Origin: Dehalococcoidia bacterium
GTDB taxonomy: Bacteria > Chloroflexota > Dehalococcoidia > UBA2979
Assembly (NCBI GenBank): GCA_965219085.1
Contig: OZ244720.1
Location: 1,995,429 to 2,059,428 of the forward strand
Direction: 5' to 3'
Length of the DNA: 64,000 bases
The translations under genes were made by a program, and so were the position numbers. The stretch's first letter is position 1. Every line of letters starts with the position of its first letter. The notes under the pieces are model-generated. The model was not told the DNA's origin and made no database searches. It saw only the letters and a list, made by a program, of their open reading frames with translations. Below, one piece after another: positions 30,480 through 40,095 of the stretch.

Positions 30480-31765
30480 GCCTCGGCGGCGACGGCCACC
30501 GGCTCGGGGCGCTCACGGAAGTTGCCGGTGCGCACCAGCGAGCGGACCTCGGGCAGCAGCATCGACGCCGCGATGAACCCCACGGTCCACATGATGCCCG
30601 GCACGATCAGCAACAGCCGCACCCCGATGCCGTCGGAGAGCCAGCCGAAGCCGAAGTTCACGAACGCCATGTGTCCGGCGGCGAGCACGACGTACAGCGA
30701 CATCACCCGCCCCCGGAACGCGTCGGGCGTGATGCGCTGCACGAACGTCGCCGCCATCGCCATGTAGCTCGCCTGCGTCGCCCCTGCGAGGACGCCGCCG
30801 GTGACGGCCATGTAGGGCGTGGTGGCGAAGCCGACGACGAACATCGAGAGGCCGCTGCCCACGCCGATGATGAAGAACATGCGCCCCAGCGCCGCGTCGC
30901 TCTGGAGCATCGAGACGATCAGCGTCCCGATGATCGAGCCCGCGCCGATACCCACGATGATGCTGCTGAAGGTGATGTCGGCGCCGCCGACAACGGTCGC
31001 GAGTGTGGGCATCATCGAGTCGAACGCCATCGTCGCACCGCAGTGGAAGCCGACGAGCACGAGCATCACGAGCACGCGTGGGTCACGCTCGACGTAGGAG
31101 ATGCCCTCGCGCATGTCGCGGAACACGGGGCCGATCGCGAAGACGGGCTCGGCATCGTTCGGCCGCGCCGCGCTGCGGTACTCGAGCCGGAGGAGCTGGT
31201 AGAGTGCGAGCGCGAGGAACACGCCAGACAGCACGAAGACCGACCCCGCGCCGAGCTGATTCAGGAGCCCCGCGCCGATGAGCGGCCCGGCGATGCGCGA
31301 GCCGTGCCGGGTGATCCCGGAGAGCGCCACCGCGTTGAGCAGGTGCTCCTTCGGGACGACGTTGGGGATGATCGCCTGCTCTGCGGGCGTCCCGAACGCT
31401 CGCGCCATACCGCCGATCACCGCGAAGACGAGCACGTGCCAGGCTTCGACCCAACCCGCGAACGTGATCGCCGCAAGCGCGAGCGCTGCCACGATCCCGG
31501 CAGCGTCCGCGGCGATCGCCATCAGCCGCCGGTCGGCGCGGTCGGCGAGCGCGCCGCCGATGGGGCCCGCGAGGGTCATCTGGATCATGCCGGCGAACGT
31601 GACCGCGCCGACCCACGCCCCCTGCCCGGTCAGCTCGTAGACGAGCCAGCCGCGCGCGAGCAGCATCGTCCAGAACGACGCCGACGCGAAGAACGCGTTC
31701 CAGAAGACGCGGCGGAAGTCCGGGAAGAGCAGCGACGGGTGGCGCTCGGCGATGTACGTCCGCAT
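30476..31765 (-). CDS. MFS transporter
   Basis: 430 aa (start MRTYIAERHP..), 12 transmembrane segments; the longer ORF-track version 30476..31891 adds an Arg-rich run-on. Confidence 0.8.
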   Translation of the reverse strand: MRTYIAERHPSLLFPDFRRVFWNAFFASASFWTMLLARGWLVYELTGQGAWVGAVTFAGMIQMTLAGPIGGALADRADRRLMAIAADAAGIVAALALAAITFAGWVEAWHVLVFAVIGGMARAFGTPAEQAIIPNVVPKEHLLNAVALSGITRHGSRIAGPLIGAGLLNQLGAGSVFVLSGVFLALALYQLLRLEYRSAARPNDAEPVFAIGPVFRDMREGISYVERDPRVLVMLVLVGFHCGATMAFDSMMPTLATVVGGADITFSSIIVGIGAGSIIGTLIVSMLQSDAALGRMFFIIGVGSGLSMFVVGFATTPYMAVTGGVLAGATQASYMAMAATFVQRITPDAFRGRVMSLYVVLAAGHMAFVNFGFGWLSDGIGVRLLLIVPGIMWTVGFIAASMLLPEVRSLVRTGNFRERPEPVAVAAEA

Positions 31766-31785
31766 GCGCGCAGTGTACCGCTCCC

Positions 31786-32433
31786 TCACCCTCCCGTGAG
31801 CGTCGAGGCGCGTTCGAGGATCGCCTGCGCCCGCTCGCCGTGGTCGAGCGCGCGCGCTGCCTCGTGGCCACGCTCGCTCATCTTGCGCCACGTGCGGGCG
31901 ATGATCCGCGCCATCTTCTCGTCGTCGTCGATGCGCGCGGCCACCTCGGCGAACTGCGTCTCGAGGAAGACGAGGCTGAGCCCGTCCTCGAACGTCTGCA
32001 CGTCCGGGTCCGTCGTCGCCGCGTCACGCGTGAGGCCCTGCTTGAGCACGATCTGGCGGACGCGCTCGATCGTCGCGTCGTCGTAGCCGGCATCGCGCAG
32101 CAGGCGCTCGGCCTCGTCGGCGTGGAACGCGCGGAGATGCGCGCGCCAGCGCAGGTAGCCGCTGCGCCCCGGCGGGAACGAGTCTCGCGGGATCGTCCAG
32201 CGCCGCACGTGGTGCGCGCGTGCCGCGAGCAGCAGCGCCTCGCTCGCCGCGGGGTCGAGGCGGCGCACCCACGCGCCGAGCATGCGCGCGTGCGTGAGCT
32301 CCTTCGGCTGCGCCTCGCCGTCTACCTCGATGCGGTTCGGGTCGCCGGCGTTGGCGGCGTCGATGGCCGCGACGGCGCGCTCGAAGCGTTCGTGCGGTGT
32401 CGTGGCGGGCGCGGTTGTGGGATGGTTGGTCAT
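31786..32433 (-). CDS. DUF4202-family protein
   Basis: 215-aa non-repetitive ORF (MTNHPTTAPATTPHERFERAVAAIDAANAGDPN..) embedded in the C-terminal part of the spurious 913-aa antisense ORF 31786..34527. Confidence 0.5.
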   Translation of the reverse strand: MTNHPTTAPATTPHERFERAVAAIDAANAGDPNRIEVDGEAQPKELTHARMLGAWVRRLDPAASEALLLAARAHHVRRWTIPRDSFPPGRSGYLRWRAHLRAFHADEAERLLRDAGYDDATIERVRQIVLKQGLTRDAATTDPDVQTFEDGLSLVFLETQFAEVAARIDDDEKMARIIARTWRKMSERGHEAARALDHGERAQAILERASTLTGG

Positions 32434-32625
32434 GTCGAGCCCATTATGTGCCAACGGCTGCCGGTGCGAGGGGCCGGGCGCGTTGACACGACGGCCATCG
32501 GTGCTACGATCCCTGCATTGTCGAGAAACTTGACCAGGTTTATCGACATTAGCCGGACAGGGCCCGGCCGACGCTGATGCTCGGGTGAGAAGCCCCGCGA
32601 CCGCCCGCTGAGGATGGAGTGCCCT

Positions 32626-34410
32626 ATGACCACCGCCACACGTACCGACCGCCCCGGCCGCGTGATCGCGATCCTCGAGGAGGAGTTCGAGGACTTCCGC
32701 ACGGAGGCCACCGAGTTCCTCGCCGAGAACCCCGAGGGCGACGACTTCACGAGGTTCCGCCTCCGCCAGGGCGTCTACGGCCAGCGCCAGCCGGACCGCC
32801 AGATGATGCGCGTGAAGCTGCCCTTCGGCGGCACCACGTCGGAGCAACTCGACGCATTCGCGGTCATCGCCGAGGACTACACGCCGCTGCGCAAGGGCCA
32901 CCTCACGACGCGCGAGGCGATCCAGCTCCACCACATCCCGCTCGAACGCACCCTCGACATCATGCAGATCCTCGGTGACGCCGGACTCTCGACCCGCGAG
33001 GCCTGCGGCAACACGGTGCGCAACGTCACCGGCGACGCGTGGGCGGGCATCCGCTCCGATGAGCCCTTCGACGTGTCGCCTTACGCGGGCGCCTTCGTGC
33101 GCTACTTCGTGCGCAGCGAGCTCACGCAGCTGCTGCCGCGCAAGTTCAAGGTCGCCTTCTCCGGCAGCGACGAGGACGCCGCCCTCACGCAGATCCACGA
33201 CATCGGCTTCATCCCCGAGATCCGCGAGGTCGACGGCGTGCCTACCAAGGGCTTCAAGATGGTCGCCGGCGGCGGCCTCTCGATCATGGCCCGCCACGCC
33301 GTCGTGCTGCGCGAGTGGGTCTCCGTCGACGACTACCTGAAGGTCTCCGAGGCGGTCCTGCGCATCTTCGACGCCGCCGACGAGCTGCGGAAGAACATCG
33401 CCAAGGCGCGCATCAAGTTCCTGGTCCACCGCGTGGGCGAGGAGGAGTTCCGGCGCATGGTCGACGAGGAGCTGGCGAAGGACTGGGCCGCCGACCGTGA
33501 CGCCTCGCCCGACCCGCTGCTGTTCCTCGACGACGAGGAGGCGGACGCCCCGCCCGCACCCACGAATCCCGAGCAGCCGACCGACGCCGACCGTGCGGCG
33601 TTCGAGGAGTGGGCGCGCACCGCGGTGCGCGCGCAGCGCCAGGCCGGTTACTCGGCGATCGAGGTGAAGGTGCCGGAGGGCGACCTCAACCCCGGGCAGT
33701 TCCGTGGCCTCGCGGCGCTGCTGCGCGAGTATGGCTCGGGCCGCGCGCGCACCACGCCGTGGCAGAACATCGTGCTGCGCTGGATCCCCGACGGCAGCGT
33801 CTACACCGTCTGGAAGGGGCTGTCTGAACTCGGCCTCGGTGATGCGGGCACCCTCGAGATCGAGGACGTGGTGAGCTGCCCCGGCACCGACAGCTGCAAG
33901 CTCGGCATCACCAGCTCGATGGGGCTGAACCGCGCGATCGCGGACCGCGTGCGCGAGATGGCGGTCACCGACCCGCTGACGCGGCGCATCCTCATCAACG
34001 CCAGCGGCTGCCCCAACTCGTGCGGGCAGCACCACATCGCGAACATCGGGTTCCACGGCGCCGCCATCAAGTCCGGCGCGCGCCAGGTGCCCGCCTACCA
34101 CGTCTTCGTCGGCGGCAACCGCCGCCCCGGCGCGGACCTCGAGCTCGGCACGCTGCTCAAGGTGCGGCTCCCCGCCAAGCGGGTCCCCGACGCCGTCGAG
34201 CGCTTCGTCCGGCTCTATGAGGCCGAGCGCGAGGACGGCGAGGAGTTCAACGAGTACTTCGGGCGCGTCGGCAAGCTGCACTTCGAGGACTCGGTGCGGG
34301 ATCTGACCCTGCCGCCGGAGTTCTCGCTCGACACCATGAACGAGTTCATCGACTGGGAGCGCGAGAGCATTTACGTCCTCGAACGTGGCGAGGGCGAATG
34401 CGCGGTCTAG
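32626..34410 (+). CDS. sirA: ferredoxin-dependent sulfite (or nitrite) reductase hemoprotein, SirA/NirA type
   Basis: Two nitrite/sulfite-reductase ferredoxin-like half domains; siroheme/4Fe-4S cysteines (..CPGTDSCKLG.. and ..GCPNSCGQH..). Confidence 0.8.
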   Translation: MTTATRTDRPGRVIAILEEEFEDFRTEATEFLAENPEGDDFTRFRLRQGVYGQRQPDRQMMRVKLPFGGTTSEQLDAFAVIAEDYTPLRKGHLTTREAIQLHHIPLERTLDIMQILGDAGLSTREACGNTVRNVTGDAWAGIRSDEPFDVSPYAGAFVRYFVRSELTQLLPRKFKVAFSGSDEDAALTQIHDIGFIPEIREVDGVPTKGFKMVAGGGLSIMARHAVVLREWVSVDDYLKVSEAVLRIFDAADELRKNIAKARIKFLVHRVGEEEFRRMVDEELAKDWAADRDASPDPLLFLDDEEADAPPAPTNPEQPTDADRAAFEEWARTAVRAQRQAGYSAIEVKVPEGDLNPGQFRGLAALLREYGSGRARTTPWQNIVLRWIPDGSVYTVWKGLSELGLGDAGTLEIEDVVSCPGTDSCKLGITSSMGLNRAIADRVREMAVTDPLTRRILINASGCPNSCGQHHIANIGFHGAAIKSGARQVPAYHVFVGGNRRPGADLELGTLLKVRLPAKRVPDAVERFVRLYEAEREDGEEFNEYFGRVGKLHFEDSVRDLTLPPEFSLDTMNEFIDWERESIYVLERGEGECAV

Positions 34411-34444
34411 CGCGATCACTACGCAGCATCGGAAAGGCGGCGGC

Positions 34445-35227
34445 GTGACGACATCAACGGGCGGGCACCAGGTGGTACGAGGCAGCAGGGGCGATGAGAC
34501 GCCGACCGGCCGCCTGGCCGTGCCCATCGACTATGCCGAGGCGGAGATCATCCGCGTCGCCAACGAGGAGCTCGATCGCGCCGGCCCCGGCGACATCCTC
34601 AGCTGGGCCGTCGACCGCTACGGCGAGGGCCTGACGCTGGCGTGCTCCTTCGGCGGCACGTCCGGGATGGCGCTGGTCGACATGGTGCAGCGCCTCCAGC
34701 CCTCGACCGAGGTGTTCTACATCGACACCGACTACCTGTTCCCGGAGACGCACGACACGATCCGGGCGGCACGGCTGCACTGGCCCAAGGTCAACATCGT
34801 CGGCTACGGTCCGGAGCTGACCACGGAGGGGCAGATCGAGCTGCACGGCCCCGCGCTGTGGGATCGCGACCCGGACCTCTGCTGCGACATCCGCAAGGTC
34901 GAGCCGAACCGCGAGGCCCTGCGCGGCAAGCGCGCATGGGTCTCCGGCCTCCGCCGCGACCAGACCGGCCGCGAGGAGACCCCGGCGGTGCAGTGGGATG
35001 AGAAGTTCGGGCTGGTCAAGGTCAACCCGCTCATCAACTGGAGCGAGAAGTTGCTCTGGTCGTACATCTTCGAGCGCGGGCTGCCCTACAACCTGCTCCT
35101 CGACCGCGGCTTCCCGAGCATCGGCTGCACGAACTGCACGCGCGCCATCCAGCCGGGCGAGGACCCGCGCGCCGGCCGCTGGTCGGGCTTCGACAAGCTG
35201 GAGTGCGGACTGCACACGACCTCCTGA
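34445..35227 (+). CDS. cysH: phosphoadenosine/adenosine phosphosulfate reductase (CysH, APS-reductase type with a C-terminal Cys cluster)
   Basis: PAPS-reductase fold motifs (..LACSFGGTSGMALVDM.., ..ECGLH); CC..C..C cluster (..DLCCDIR.., ..IGCTNCT..). Confidence 0.8.
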   Translation: MTTSTGGHQVVRGSRGDETPTGRLAVPIDYAEAEIIRVANEELDRAGPGDILSWAVDRYGEGLTLACSFGGTSGMALVDMVQRLQPSTEVFYIDTDYLFPETHDTIRAARLHWPKVNIVGYGPELTTEGQIELHGPALWDRDPDLCCDIRKVEPNREALRGKRAWVSGLRRDQTGREETPAVQWDEKFGLVKVNPLINWSEKLLWSYIFERGLPYNLLLDRGFPSIGCTNCTRAIQPGEDPRAGRWSGFDKLECGLHTTS

Positions 35228-35246
35228 CGCCCGCTCGTGCTACCTC

Positions 35247-35270
35247 AACAGCCCGCTTCGGCGGGCTGTT
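35247..35270 (+). terminator. intrinsic terminator hairpin after cysH
   Basis: AACAGCCCGC-TTCG-GCGGGCTGTT (perfect 10-bp stem) followed by GTGCGTTCGG. Confidence 0.55.
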
Positions 35271-35350
35271 GTGCGTTCGGCGGGTGCATACGTAACGTGA
35301 TAATCAGACAAGGAAGTATAGTTGTCGCAGACGTGTATACTGGTGCCCGA

Positions 35351-35710
35351 ATGGCGGCGGGAAGCTGGGCGAGCGACGTGACCACCGAGGCATTCGACGC
35401 ACGCGATGTCTTCGCCACGAAGGCCGACCTCTTCGCAACGAGGGCCGAGCTCAAGGACGAGATCGCCGCGCTGCGTGTCGAGGTCAAGGAGGAGATTGCG
35501 GCGCTGCGTGTCGAGGTCAAGGACGAGATCGCCGCGCTGCGTGTCGAGGTCAAGGAGGAGATCGGCGCACTCCGGGCGGAGATGCAAGCGGAGATCGGCG
35601 CGCTCCGCGCGGAGATGCATCAGATGGAAGCACGCCTGATTCGCTGGATGGCCGGTGCCCTCATCGGCGGGATGGTTGCTGCTGCCACCATCTCGCGCCT
35701 CGTCGCCTGA
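35351..35710 (+). CDS. small coiled-coil membrane-anchored protein with tandem 11-residue repeats (DUF1640/XhlA-like)
   Basis: Three near-identical 33-bp DNA repeats encode EIAALRVEVKE/D, followed by two diverged copies (EIGALRAEMQA/H) and a C-terminal transmembrane helix. Confidence 0.6.
   Translation: MAAGSWASDVTTEAFDARDVFATKADLFATRAELKDEIAALRVEVKEEIAALRVEVKDEIAALRVEVKEEIGALRAEMQAEIGALRAEMHQMEARLIRWMAGALIGGMVAAATISRLVA
35458..35630 (+). repeat. 33-bp tandem repeat array (five units, three near-perfect) inside the coiled-coil gene
   Basis: GAGATCGCCGCGCTGCGTGTCGAGGTCAAGGAG/C repeated head to tail. Confidence 0.8.
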
Positions 35711-35738
35711 CGCCCGCTCCCCCCGCTAAGCTTGGGGC

Positions 35739-36704
35739 GTGACGAAGCTGCTGCCCGGCACCGCATCCTGGACCGACAAGCCCCTCATCGAGGGCGGGCG
35801 CTTCTATCCGCCCGAGGCGAAGTCCGCCGAGGCGCGACTGCGCTACTACGCCACGCAGTTCCCGCTCGTCGAGGTCGACGCGCCCTACTACGGCCTGCCG
35901 ACCGTCGCGCAGGCCGAGCGCTGGGTGGAGCGAACGCCGCCGGGTTTCACGTTCGACGTGAAGGCGTACTCGCTGTTCAGCGAGCACCCGACGCCCGTCG
36001 CGCGGCTCCCGAAGGCGATCCAGGCTGAACTCCCGCCCGACCTGCGCATGAAGCGCCAGTTCTACCGCCGCGACGCCCCCGGGGACCTGTGCTGGTCGAC
36101 TTACCTCGACGCGCTGCTGCCGCTGCACGATGCCGGCAAGCTCGGCGTGATCGTGCTGCAGTTCCCGCGCTGGGTGACGCCCAACCGCCGCAGCCACGCG
36201 TACCTCGAGGAGGTGCGCGAGCGGCTCGGCCACTACCGCGGCGCCGTCGAGTTCCGCAACCACCGCTGGCTCGACGCCGAGCACCGCGAGTCGACGCTTG
36301 CGCTGCTCGGCGACCTCGAGCTGGCGTTCATCTGCGTCGACGAGCCGCAGGGGTTCGACAGCTCCGTCCCGCCGGTCGCGGCGGCCACGACCGAGCTCGC
36401 GTTCGTGCGCTTCCACGGCCGCAACGCCGCGATGTGGGAGGCGAGTACGCGCACGTCCTCGGAGCGCTTCGACTACTACTACGAAGCGGCCGAGCTGGAC
36501 GAGTGGACGCCCCGCATCCGCTCGCTCGCCGAGGAGGCAAACGAGGTGCACCTGGTGGTCAACACCAACAACTTCGACCAGGGGCCGGTCAACGCACGCC
36601 TGCTCGCCGAGCGCCTCTCCGAGGTCGGCCTCGACACGGCGCCCGGCTTCGACCCCACACCCGCCGAGCCACCCGCCCCCTCCGGGCAGGGCCGCCTCCT
36701 GTAA
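35739..36704 (+). CDS. DUF72-family protein (YecE-like)
   Basis: 321 aa; ..ASWTDKPLIEGGRFYP.., ..RLRYYATQFPLVEVDAPYYGLP.., ..FVRFHGRN.. are DUF72 signatures. Confidence 0.75.
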   Translation: MTKLLPGTASWTDKPLIEGGRFYPPEAKSAEARLRYYATQFPLVEVDAPYYGLPTVAQAERWVERTPPGFTFDVKAYSLFSEHPTPVARLPKAIQAELPPDLRMKRQFYRRDAPGDLCWSTYLDALLPLHDAGKLGVIVLQFPRWVTPNRRSHAYLEEVRERLGHYRGAVEFRNHRWLDAEHRESTLALLGDLELAFICVDEPQGFDSSVPPVAAATTELAFVRFHGRNAAMWEASTRTSSERFDYYYEAAELDEWTPRIRSLAEEANEVHLVVNTNNFDQGPVNARLLAERLSEVGLDTAPGFDPTPAEPPAPSGQGRLL

Positions 36705-36736
36705 GATCGCCGAGGCGCTCCCACGGCGCGCACGGG

Positions 36737-37768
36737 ATGCTTGCGATGATTGAGCATCGGGTCCGGCTGCACTCACGGCGCGAGGCGCTGCGCCTCGTCG
36801 CGCTGAGCGGCGTCGCGCTCCTCGCCGCCTGCTCGCGATCGGCTGCGCCACCAGGTGACGACGGGCGCCCCAGCGAGCCGGCGCCGCCCGTGGTCGCCTC
36901 GGCGCCCTCGCCGGCTCCGACCCCGCCAGCGACCGCGACGCCGACACTCACTCCGACGCCTACCGTCACTCCGCCGCCGCCTCGCGGCCGCGACGAAGTC
37001 GCTCTCATGGCCGGCACGGAGTGGGAGACGCCGCTGGTGGTGACACACAGCGGCGTCGAGGGCCCGACGCTGCTTGTCCTCGGTGGCGTGCACGGCAACG
37101 AGCCCGGCGGCTGGTTCGCCGCCGACGGCATCGCCGGGTGGGAGCCCGCGCGCGGCAGCCTGCTCGTGGCCCCTCGCGCGAACGTCGTCGCCATCGGGCT
37201 GTTCCAGCGCACCACGGAGGCGCTCGGCGACCTCAACCGCCTCTACCCGGGCTCACTCGACGCCGAACTACCGATGGCGCGCATGGCCGCGCACATCGTC
37301 GACGTCGCACGGCGCTACGAGGTCGACGTGGTGCTCGACCTCCACGAGTCGTGGGGGTTCTACGCCGAGCGCGGCGAGAACCAGGGGACGGCGTTCCTCG
37401 GCCAGACGATCACGACCGGGCCGGCGCGCGACCGAGTCCCCTTCGCGCGGCTCATCGCCGGGCGCGTCAACCGGGAGATCGAGGTGGAGCGCGAGCTGAT
37501 GGTGCCGCGCGATTGGACGCAATGGCCCACGTCCGTCACCGACGAGGAGTTGGCCGCCGGCGCCCCCGAGGCCGCCATGGCGTCCGCGCTCGCGCGCACG
37601 CGCTGGCGGCCGGGCCGTTGGAGCAGCTCGCTGTCCCTCGGACGTATCGTGCCGGGGGTGCTCCCTGTGCTCGTCGAGATGGGGCAGGACCACCAGGCCG
37701 TCGAGCGCCGCGTCGAACTGCACCAACTCGTCGTTCAGAACACGATGGAGCTGCTGCGCATGGCGTAG
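36737..37768 (+). CDS. succinylglutamate desuccinylase/aspartoacylase-family zinc hydrolase lipoprotein with a Pro/Thr-rich linker
   Basis: Lipobox LLAACS; linker PAPTPPATATPTLTPTPTVTPPPP; zinc motif ..LVLGGVHGNEPGG.. and ..VVLDLHES.. Confidence 0.7.
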   Translation: MLAMIEHRVRLHSRREALRLVALSGVALLAACSRSAAPPGDDGRPSEPAPPVVASAPSPAPTPPATATPTLTPTPTVTPPPPRGRDEVALMAGTEWETPLVVTHSGVEGPTLLVLGGVHGNEPGGWFAADGIAGWEPARGSLLVAPRANVVAIGLFQRTTEALGDLNRLYPGSLDAELPMARMAAHIVDVARRYEVDVVLDLHESWGFYAERGENQGTAFLGQTITTGPARDRVPFARLIAGRVNREIEVERELMVPRDWTQWPTSVTDEELAAGAPEAAMASALARTRWRPGRWSSSLSLGRIVPGVLPVLVEMGQDHQAVERRVELHQLVVQNTMELLRMA

Positions 37769-37771
37769 CGT

Positions 37772-38419
37772 TTACGACACGACTGGAAGCGCCCTTAACA
37801 GCCCCTCGACGCCTTCACGCAGCTCGCCGATCCCGTCGTCGCCGAGCACCGCCCACGGCGCGAAGAACCACTCGTCCGTCTGCCCCTCGACGGCGTCGCG
37901 CAGGGCTTGCCCCTCAGGCGTGGTGCGGTACGCGCCACCCTCGGCGGCCACGAGCCAGCCCCGCGCCTCGAGGTCGGCGAGGGCACGCGCGTAGAACGCC
38001 GCGTCGTACCCACGGAACGCGGCGGCCGAAGCGATCGCCTCCGCCGTCCGCGCCTCGCCGGCCCAGACGTGCGAGAAGGCGTTCCACAGCCCGCCCTCCG
38101 TCGATGGATCGACGTGGGCGCTCCACGCCGCGAGGTGCACGTCGTCGCGGTAGGCGAGGCAGTCCAGCGCCGCCTCGCGGATCCGGCCGGGGAGCGGTGT
38201 GTGGGCGCTCGCGGTGCGGAAGCGGCGCTCGGCGCCCCAGCGCGCCGGCGGTTCGGGCGCGGCGAGGTTCGCCGCGGCGATCGCCGCGAGCAGCTCGTGG
38301 GTGCGCGCGAGGTCGGCGTCCGGCATCGCCACGACCGCGCCGAGGCGCGCGTCGCCGGCCTCGCCGAGCGCGCGCACCGCCTCCCGCGCGTGCGGCAACA
38401 CGACGTAACGAGTGGCCAT
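37772..38419 (-). CDS. hypothetical protein (start uncertain)
   Basis: 215-aa ORF; about 100 in-frame upstream codons look protein-like but contain no ATG/GTG/TTG after the preceding TGA. Confidence 0.4.
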   Translation of the reverse strand: MATRYVVLPHAREAVRALGEAGDARLGAVVAMPDADLARTHELLAAIAAANLAAPEPPARWGAERRFRTASAHTPLPGRIREAALDCLAYRDDVHLAAWSAHVDPSTEGGLWNAFSHVWAGEARTAEAIASAAAFRGYDAAFYARALADLEARGWLVAAEGGAYRTTPEGQALRDAVEGQTDEWFFAPWAVLGDDGIGELREGVEGLLRALPVVS

Positions 38420-38720
38420 GGGGTCGCCGCCGCGTTCGACCTCCTTGAGCCAACCCCCGGCGGCGAGGCGGGCGAACTCCGCGGCGAAGCCCTCGGGCCG
38501 CGTGTACGGGTCGCGGCCCTGGGCCTCGTCGACGGACAGCGTGTCGAGGCCGATCTCGGCGTAGTCGTACAGCGCGAGCGGGATGGCGCGCTCCGCGGCG
38601 AGGGCGTCGATGGCCGGGCGCGCGACGCGCCACAGCTCGAAGACAGCCGTCTCGACGAGCGACCATGTGCCGGCGAGGGGGTGCGGGTCGTGGGTGGGTG
38701 AGGTGGTCAGCCGGGCCGTC

Positions 38721-40049
38721 CTACGTGCTGACGCGGCGGACGATCTCGTACGTCAGCTCGGTGCCCATCTCCATGTTGTCGAGGGTGAGGAACTCGTTGT
38801 GGGCGTGGAGACCCGCGAGCTCCTCGGCGCTGAGCAGGCAGGGGATGAAGCCGTACGCCGGGATGCCGAACTCGCGCAGGAAGCGGTTGTCGGTGGCGAA
38901 CGTGGCGAGGCCCGGCACGACGATGGCGTCCTCGACGGCCGAGGTCATGGTGTCACGGATGGCGTGGAACAACTCGCTGTCCCAGTCCGACGGGTTGGCG
39001 CCGTAGACATCACGCGCCTCGGGCTCAACCTCGACGAGCGGGTCACCGATCTGCTCGCGCACCGCTTCCATCCAGCCCTCGATGTTCTCGCCGGGCAGGA
39101 GCCGGCAGTCGAGGACGGCCTCGGCGCGCGGCGGGATCACGTTCGCCTTGATGCCCGCCTCCACCATCGTGACGTTGAGCGTGTGCATGAACATCGCGTG
39201 CGAGCCGGGATTGGAGCGCAGCGCGGCCTCGAGGGCGCCCCGGTCGGCGGGATCGGGCAGAATGCCGGCCTCGGCGAGCCGTTCGACGAGCGCCGTCGTG
39301 CCGGGCGTGAACGTGAGGCCGCGGTCCCACTCCGCGAGGCGCAGCAATGCGCTCAGCAGGCGCACCGCCGGGTTCTCGGTCGTAGGCAGGCTGCCGTGGC
39401 CGCCGGGGCCGGTGGCGCGCAGCCGCAGCCAGGCGACGCCCTTCTCGTCGATGGTCGGCATGAAGATGCGGCCTTCACGGCCCGCGAACTCGGTGATGCC
39501 GCCGACACCCTCGTTGAGTGCGAATTCGATGCCGTCAAGGAGCTCGGGGCGGCGGCGGATGACCCAGCGGATGCCGCGGATGCTGCCGGCCTCCTCGTCC
39601 GGCACGCCGAGGAACACCACGTCACGTCGCAGCGGGACGCCGAGGCGATGCAGCAGCAGCACCGTCATCAGCTGCATCACCGCGGCGCCCTTCATGTCGA
39701 GCGCGCCGCGGCCGTAGATGCGGCCGTCCCGCACGACGCCCTCGAAGGGCGGCATGTCCCAGGACTCCTCCTCGACCGGCACGACGTCGAGATGGTTCCC
39801 GAGCAGCAACGCGCCGCCCTTGCTGCCGTCGCCGCGCAGGCGCGTCATCACCAGCTCGCGGTTGGGGTGCGTCTCGATGTAGTCGCACTCCAGGCCCTCG
39901 GCTTCGAGGATGGCGCCGAGGAAGCGCGCCGCGGGGGCCTCGTTGCCCGGCGGGTTCGAGGTGTCGATCCGGATGTAGCGCTGGAGGATGTCGAGCGCCT
40001 CGGCGTGGACCGCTCGCCAGTCGATCGCGCCCGCAGCCTGTTCCGCCAT
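38721..40049 (-). CDS. M20-family metallopeptidase (ArgE/DapE/CPG2 type)
   Basis: 442 aa; ..LLLGNHLDVVPV.., ..GRGALDMKGA.., ..GVPDEEAGS.. metal-binding motifs. Confidence 0.85.
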   Translation of the reverse strand: MAEQAAGAIDWRAVHAEALDILQRYIRIDTSNPPGNEAPAARFLGAILEAEGLECDYIETHPNRELVMTRLRGDGSKGGALLLGNHLDVVPVEEESWDMPPFEGVVRDGRIYGRGALDMKGAAVMQLMTVLLLHRLGVPLRRDVVFLGVPDEEAGSIRGIRWVIRRRPELLDGIEFALNEGVGGITEFAGREGRIFMPTIDEKGVAWLRLRATGPGGHGSLPTTENPAVRLLSALLRLAEWDRGLTFTPGTTALVERLAEAGILPDPADRGALEAALRSNPGSHAMFMHTLNVTMVEAGIKANVIPPRAEAVLDCRLLPGENIEGWMEAVREQIGDPLVEVEPEARDVYGANPSDWDSELFHAIRDTMTSAVEDAIVVPGLATFATDNRFLREFGIPAYGFIPCLLSAEELAGLHAHNEFLTLDNMEMGTELTYEIVRRVST

Positions 40050-40095
40050 CGTGTCCCGCCCGCCCGTGCTGCCGAGGTGTGCCGTCGAGGCGGCG

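Noticed and set aside
31786-34527. 913-aa ORF on the minus strand
   Set aside because: It is antisense to the well-supported sirA and cysH genes. High GC keeps antisense frames open. Only its last about 215 codons (31786..32433) look like a real protein (DUF4202), and that part is annotated separately.
35661-36947. 428-aa minus-strand ORF
   Set aside because: It is antisense to the DUF72 gene and Arg/Gly-rich.
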